From an uncultured Chloroflexia bacterium (GTDB taxonomy: Bacteria; Chloroflexota; Limnocylindria; Limnocylindrales; CSP1-4), in NCBI GenBank assembly GCA_963783135.1, contig CAWAMH010000006.1, positions 21,792 to 85,791 of the forward strand: DNA of 64,000 bases, written 5' to 3'. The notes beneath the pieces were generated by a model that saw only the letters and a program-made list of their open reading frames with translations, did not search any database and was not told where the DNA came from. Position 1 is the first letter of the stretch; each line of letters opens with the position of its first letter. Position numbers and translations under genes: made by a program. Shown piece by piece: positions 58,659 to 64,000 of the stretch.

Positions 58659-60414
58659 ATGACCTCACGTACCAAGCCGACCGCCAAGCGGTCGGGCCGG
58701 TTCGGCCACGATGACCGGGACCGGCGCGGTCTCTATCTCAACCTGGCCTTCGGCCTCGTCATCGCCATCGGGGTGATCACGCTCGTCGGGGCCGCCATCG
58801 CGACCTACATGGGCAGCCACTTCGCCGAGGCCGCCAAGGTCAACGGCCAGACCATCACCGAGGAGGCGGTCGCCGAGCAAGGCCAAGGTCGACACCTTCC
58901 GGATCAACGCCGCAGAGTCCCAGCTGCGCGACCAGAACCAGCTCGGGCGGCTGACCGACTCCGAGCTCGAGCAGCGGCTCGCGGTCCTCGAGCAGCAGCG
59001 CACCACCCTGTCGGGCAACACGCTCGACCGGCTCGTCGACTCGACGCTCCAGGGCCAGCTCGCGACCCAGAAGGGGATCACGATCACCGACGCCCAGATC
59101 GACCAGCGGCTCGTCGACGAGGCGACCCAGAAGGAGCAGCGTCAGATCGGGCAGATCACGATCGAGCCCGAGGTGACGACCGGCGCGACCGGTCCGACCG
59201 ACGCCCAGAAGGCCACCGCGAAGGCCGCCGCCGACAAGGCGCTCGCCGACATCAAGGGCGGCAAGACGTTCGAGGAGGTCGCCAAGGCGGTCTCGAAGGA
59301 CGCCTACGCGGCCTCCGGCGGCGACGTCGGCTGGCTCGATCGCCGACGATCCGTCGGTCGATCCCGCGTCCTCACGGCCGCGTTCGCCCTGACCGAGCCG
59401 GGTCTGACCGAGGTCGTCGACCGGCGCCGGCGACGCCTACCTCATCGGCCAGGTCCGTCAGATCTCGCCGGCCACGGTCGACGGTCCGACTGGACCGAGA
59501 AGATCAAGGACGCCGGGCGTCCCGCTGGGCGCCTATCGCGACGCCGTCCGGGCCGATCTCGTCCGCGACGCGCTGACCAAGCAGGTCGTCGCCGAGGCCA
59601 CCGAACAGCCGACCACCCAGCGCCAGGTCAGCGAGATCTTCGTCTCGAGCGCCGACTACCAGGGCCCGGCGACGAGGTCCTGGTCAAGCACATCCTGTAC
59701 ACGCCGGGCGACAAGGCGCCCGACGCCGCAGAACCCGGTCGCATCGGACGATCCGGGCTGGGCCACGGCCAAGGCCAAGGCGCAGGCCACGTACGACAAG
59801 CTCAACGGCGCTGACCGGCAAGCCGGACGAGCTCGAGACCCAGTTCGCGGCGATCGCCAAGACCGACAGCCTCGACAGCGGGTCGGCGGCCAACGGCGGC
59901 GAGCTCCAGTGGTTCACCCGGAGCGCAGCTCGACTCGGGCTTCGGCGACGCGATCTTCAAGGACGGACTCAAGAAGGACGACCTCCTCGGCCCGGTCCAG
60001 AGCCAGTACGGCTACCACGTCATCCTGTTCGAGGAGCGTCGGCCGCCGCCCGAGGGCCGGATCGAGGGGCTCCAGGTCCAGGCGAACGCGCCCGGTGCCG
60101 ACTTCGCGGCGCTGGCCAAGGCCGAACTCGGACGGCGCCGAGAAGACCCAGGGCGGCGACCTCGGCTGGGTCGCGCCGCTCCAGCTCGACGCGGAGCGCG
60201 AGCAGGCGATCTTCGCTGCGCCGATCGGCAAGGTCAGCGACACGCTCAAGACCGACAGCGGCTACTACGTGTTCCTCGTCCGCGACCGAGCAGAGCCGGC
60301 TGCCGGACGGCGACCAGCTCGCGACGCTGAAGGACAGCGCGTTCACGAACTGGTTCGCGACCGAGACGGGCGAAGGCGGACATCACGCCCGACCTCTCGG
60401 CCGGCAGCTCCTAG
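58659..60414 (+). pseudogene. Membrane-anchored parvulin-type peptidyl-prolyl isomerase (SurA-N plus two PpiC domains), heavily frameshifted (at least 6 frame changes)
   Basis: N-terminal anchor MTSRTKPTAKRSGRF...LAFGLVIAIGVITLVGAAIATY. Parvulin motifs (GGDVGWLD, GGDLGWVAPLQLDAEREQAIFAAPIGKVSDTLKTDSGYYVFLV) are scattered over all three frames. Confidence 0.55.
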
Positions 60415-60424
60415 CGGCCGGATC

Positions 60425-61713
60425 GTGCTCGACGCGCTCCTCGCCGAGGCGCGCCTGCGCTGGGGCCTGGACCCTGCCGGCGGGGTCCAGGTCGTGGCCG
60501 CCGAGCACCTGATCGGGACGCCGATCGAGCCCTCGCGGCCGGTCCTCGTCGTCCCGCTGGCGATCCTGCTCGGTCGGGCCGGCGGACCCGCCGACGAGGC
60601 CGGACACCGACGGCGCGCGTCCGGTCGCCGCCCCGTTGCCGGGCCGCGCGGGCCCGGGCGGGGGCGAGCCGATCGCGCTCCTCGGCCGGCTCTACCCGGC
60701 GGACCATCCGGTCGGTCGGTTCCGGGTCGCGGCGGAGACGACGGTCGGTGCGCTCGGACCGGACGACCTGACCGCGCCGCTCTACCTCCGCCCGGTCAGC
60801 CCCGAGGTCGGGGTCGCCGGGCCATGGGCGATGCCCTGGATCTCCGCCCGGCTGCGGCAACCGGACGGCTGTCCGTGGGACCGCGAGCAGACCCACGAGA
60901 CGCTCCGGAAGCACCTCCTCGAGGAGAGCTACGAGGTCTACGACGCGCTCGGTCGGGGCGCTTCGGCCGATCTGGCCGAGGAGCTCGGCGACCTCCTCCT
61001 CCAGGTCGTCCTCCACGCCCAGCTCGCGCGCCGAGGAGGGCGTCTTCGACCTGACCGATGTCCAGCGTGTCCTGGGTGCGAAGATCGTCCGGCGCCATCC
61101 CCATGTGTTCGGTGAGGCCGACGCCCGGACAGCGGCCGACGTCACCCGCCAATGGGAGGCGATCAAGGCCGTGGAGCGGGCCGACGCAGCCGACACCGCG
61201 GCCCGCGCGACCGGCCATCCATCGGCCGATGGGGCTGCCCCAGCCGATGGCGCCGACCCGGCTCCGGTCACCCCGCGCAGCGCGCTCGACGGGATCAGCC
61301 GGTCGATGCCGGCGCTGGCCGCGAGCCAGGAGATGCAGGAGCGGGCCGCCGCCCTGGGCTACGACTGGCCGACCGTCGACGGGATCGTGGCCAAGGTCCA
61401 CGAAGAGCTCGCCGAGCTCGCCGCGGCGGGCGACGCGGCCGAGCGGATGGAGGAGGTCGGCGATCTCCTGCTCGTCCTCGTCAACCTCGCCCGCCGGAAC
61501 GGCGTCGAGGCCGAAGCCGCCTTGCGCGCTGCGAACGACAAGTTCCGGCGTCGGTTCGGCTCGGTCGAGCGGATGGCCGCGGAGCGGGGCGTGGCCCTGC
61601 GCGAGCTCGACTTCGACGCGCTCGACGCGCTATGGGATGCTGCCAAGGACGAGGAGCGGGCCAGCCAGGCCGGCGCGTCGGCCCAGGTCGCCACGAAGGA
61701 GCCGCCCCGATGA
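60425..61713 (+). CDS. mazG: MazG-family nucleoside-triphosphate pyrophosphohydrolase (tandem MazG domains, Rv1021-like), with about 2 apparent frameshifts near 60605 and 61030
   Basis: [60 protein letters not shown], and the second domain [41 protein letters not shown]. Sequence is contiguous across three frames. Confidence 0.75.
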
Positions 61714-62447
61714 CGATCGGCAACCGCCCGTCGACGATCCGCGCCGACGGTCGCCGTCCGGACGAGCTCCGACCGGTGACGCTCACCCTCGGCGTGCTGA
61801 AGTGGGCCGAGGGCTCGTGCCGGATCCGGGTCGGCGACACCGACGTGCTGTGCGCGGCCACGATCGAGGATCGCGTCCCGCCCCATCTCCGCGGCAAGGG
61901 CACCGGCTGGGTCACCGCCGAGTACGCGATGCTGCCGCGCGCGACCGCCGAGCGCTCACAGCGCGAGTCGGCCAAGGGTCGGATCGGCGGGCGGACCCAC
62001 GAGATCCAGCGCCTGATCGGGCGCTCGCTCCGCGGGGTCGTGGACCTCGGCAAGCTCGGCGAGCGGACGATCACCGTCGACTGCGACGTCATCCAGGCCG
62101 ACGGTGGGACGCGGACCGCATCGATCACCGGCGGCTACGTAGCCCTTGCATCTGCGCTCGTGACGTTCGGCATGGAGCGGCTGCTCATCGGCAAGATCGC
62201 CGCGGTCAGCGTCGGCATCGTCGACCGCGTCCCGCTGCTCGACCTCGACTACTCCGAGGATTCGCGCGCCGACGTCGACTTCAACGTCGTCGGCACGGAC
62301 GCCGGCGCCTACATCGAGGTCCAGGGCACGGCCGAAGGCGAGGCGTTCGACCGGGGCGCGATGACCGGTCTGCTCGACCTCGCCCAGGTCGGGCTGGACC
62401 GCCTGTTCGAGCAGCAGGCCGCGGCGATCGCCACCGTCAAGCGCTGA
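61710..62447 (+). CDS. rph: Ribonuclease PH
   Basis: ATGA overlap with maz[47 protein letters not shown]. Confidence 0.9.
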   Translation: MTIGNRPSTIRADGRRPDELRPVTLTLGVLKWAEGSCRIRVGDTDVLCAATIEDRVPPHLRGKGTGWVTAEYAMLPRATAERSQRESAKGRIGGRTHEIQRLIGRSLRGVVDLGKLGERTITVDCDVIQADGGTRTASITGGYVALASALVTFGMERLLIGKIAAVSVGIVDRVPLLDLDYSEDSRADVDFNVVGTDAGAYIEVQGTAEGEAFDRGAMTGLLDLAQVGLDRLFEQQAAAIATVKR

Positions 62448-62467
62448 GCCGACCGGGGCGGCGGAGC

Positions 62468-63127
62468 GTGAGCGGCACCTCGACGGGATCGCAGATCGTC
62501 GTGGCGACCCGGTCGGTCCACAAGCTGCGCGAGCTCGGCGAGCTGCTCGGACCGCTCAACGACCGGCTCGTCGGTCTCGACGACGTCGGCGTCCCGGCCG
62601 GGCTCGAACCGGTCGAGGACGGCACGACGTTCGAGGCGAACGCCCGGCTCAAGGCCCGGTTCTACGCGCGACTGGCTGGCGAGCTGACCCTCGCCGACGA
62701 CTCCGGGATCGAGGTCGACGCCCTCGACGGCGGCCCGGGCGTCTACACCCGGCGCTATGCCGGCCCCGACGCGACCGACGCGGACAACAACGCGAAGCTC
62801 CTTGCGGCGCTGGCCGGTCTGCCGCCCGATCGACGCGGGGCGCGCTACGTCTGCGTCCTCGTCCTCGTCGACGGCCGGCTGTCCGCCCGCGGCCACCGCG
62901 GCGCCAGCCCGATCATCGCCGAGACGCGTGGGACCTGCCGGGGCCGGATCGCGTTCGGACCACGCGGCGGCGGTGGCTTCGGCTACGACCCGATCTTCGA
63001 ACCGGCGAGCGAGCCGCCCGGCGGGCGGACGCTCGGGCTGTGGACGGCGGCGGAGAAGCACCGCATCTCGCATCGGGCGAGGGCTGCCCGGCGGATGGCC
63101 GCCCGGATCGGCGCGCTGGGGATCTAG
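62468..63127 (+). CDS. rdgB: Non-canonical purine NTP (dITP/XTP) pyrophosphatase RdgB/Ham1
   Basis: IVVATRSVHKLRE, FEANARLKARFYA and GFGYDPIF motifs. Position after rph is conserved. Confidence 0.85.
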   Translation: MSGTSTGSQIVVATRSVHKLRELGELLGPLNDRLVGLDDVGVPAGLEPVEDGTTFEANARLKARFYARLAGELTLADDSGIEVDALDGGPGVYTRRYAGPDATDADNNAKLLAALAGLPPDRRGARYVCVLVLVDGRLSARGHRGASPIIAETRGTCRGRIAFGPRGGGGFGYDPIFEPASEPPGGRTLGLWTAAEKHRISHRARAARRMAARIGALGI

Positions 63128-63128
63128 G

Positions 63129-64000
63129 TCAGCCGGCCGGGGTCGGGCTGGCGGCGGGGTCCGGGCTCGCGTCCGGGCCGGGGCTGACGGCCGGGCGCGG
63201 CGTGGGGGCGAGCGCGTCCTTCACGGTCCAGCGCTTCGGCGGCGTGCCCGGGGCCGAGAACAGGCCGGTCGCCATCGCCAGGATCCGGTCGAGGTCGGGC
63301 AGCTGGACGGCGCCGTACTTGTTCTGACCCGGCTTCGCCGGGTGGATCAGCGGGTACTGGACGACGACGCGGACGATGCGCTTCGTCGGGATCTCGTCGG
63401 CCAGCACGGCCAGGTCGGGCAGGCGCTCCGGTGGCAGGTCGGTCGCGACGGTCTTGCCGACCGCCTCGAGCAGGCTCGGCAGGCTGAACAGGGCATCGCC
63501 CTTGACGATCTTCGCCCGGAGGGCCATGAGGATCTCCTGCTGGCGAGCCTGGCGGGTGAAGTCGGTCTGGCCCTCGGAGCGGCGGATCCGGGCGTAGGCG
63601 AGGGCGTGGGTGCCGTCGAGGTGCTGCGGGCCGACCTCGAACGTGACGCCCTTCCGGCCGGTGATCCCGAAGCCGCGGTACTTCGGGTCGTCGAGCCGGG
63701 TCTTGACGTCGACGTCGACGCCGCCGACGGCGTCGACCATCTTCGAGAACCCGGCGAGATCGACCGTCGCGTAGTAATGGATCGGGATGCCGAGGAGCGC
63801 ACCGGCGGCGTTCTCGAGCGTCCGCATCCCGCCCGCTGGGAAGTCCGCCGGGTGGGCGGTCGCATAGCTGAGCAGGCTGTTGAGCTTCGGCGCGAACGTC
63901 CGGCCGTCGCCGAGCGGGACGTTGACCAGATCGCGCGGCAGCGAGGCCAGGCTCACCGACTTCCCGACGGGGTCGAGCGAGACGACGATCAGCGAGTCGG
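63129..64000 (-). CDS. LCP-family (LytR-CpsA-Psr) cell-wall glycopolymer ligase, partial; the 5' end runs off the window
   Basis: LCP core: LAYARIRRSEGQTDFTRQARQQEILMAL, HYYATVDLAGFSKMVDAVGGVDVDV. The C-terminal Pro-rich tail ends at 63129. Confidence 0.75.
   Translation of the reverse strand, partial: DSLIVVSLDPVGKSVSLASLPRDLVNVPLGDGRTFAPKLNSLLSYATAHPADFPAGGMRTLENAAGALLGIPIHYYATVDLAGFSKMVDAVGGVDVDVKTRLDDPKYRGFGITGRKGVTFEVGPQHLDGTHALAYARIRRSEGQTDFTRQARQQEILMALRAKIVKGDALFSLPSLLEAVGKTVATDLPPERLPDLAVLADEIPTKRIVRVVVQYPLIHPAKPGQNKYGAVQLPDLDRILAMATGLFSAPGTPPKRWTVKDALAPTPRPAVSPGPDASPDPAASPTPAG

Noticed and set aside
1-64000. tRNA/rRNA genes, transposases, integrases and phage genes
   Set aside because: No intergenic region is long enough and AT-balanced enough to hold a tRNA, other than the 33.1-33.6 kb leader, which lacks a cloverleaf. 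No transposase, integrase or phage-like ORFs were recognised, and no terminal inverted repeats were found.

Overview
This is a very high-GC (about 70%+) bacterial chromosomal segment, almost entirely coding, and it looks actinobacterial. Its gene content fits Actinomycetota: an ECF sigma factor with an RskA-type anti-sigma factor, GuaB3, group II truncated haemoglobin GlbO, UPF0182, an LCP ligase, GGAGG ribosome-binding sites and -10 elements of TAGACT/TAGAGT/TACACT type. It also carries mreB-mreC and the c-di-AMP receptor darA.

Content from left to right:
- 0-16 kb: a DUF4331 secreted protein, a TPR protein, tmk, the ECF sigma/anti-sigma pair, a GAF-GGDEF cyclase divergent from darA, DinB-like and Nudix proteins, a GuaB3-like IMPDH paralogue, glbO, a lipoprotein S33-type hydrolase, a DUF5666 protein and guaA.
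- 14-25 kb: UPF0182 and a run of zinc-ribbon membrane proteins, a CPBP protease and radC.
- 25-32 kb: cvpA-mreB-mreC directly followed by rmlA-rmlB-rmlD-rmlC (dTDP-rhamnose).
- 32-37.5 kb: a secreted protein with a candidate caspase-fold motif, an unusual 525-nt repeat-containing leader, and a 1300-aa GH18-SH3b-4xFlgD-Ig surface hydrolase.
- 37.5-58.6 kb: a large cell-envelope glycan locus. It holds a polyprenol-P-mannose synthase, DUF3048 lipoprotein, a DegT-like protein lacking its PLP lysine, several GT4s, Wzm/Wzt, wecB-wecC, a GT-C membrane glycosyltransferase, a GT2-CgeB fusion and a methyltransferase.
- 58.6-64 kb: a parvulin PPIase remnant, mazG, rph, rdgB and a partial LCP ligase.

About 20 single-base frameshifts interrupt otherwise well-conserved genes. 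They most likely reflect indel errors in the assembly, or a decaying genome if they are real. No tRNA, rRNA, CRISPR or mobile elements were seen. My own coordinate edits may be off by 1-3 nt; ORF-table coordinates were used wherever possible.
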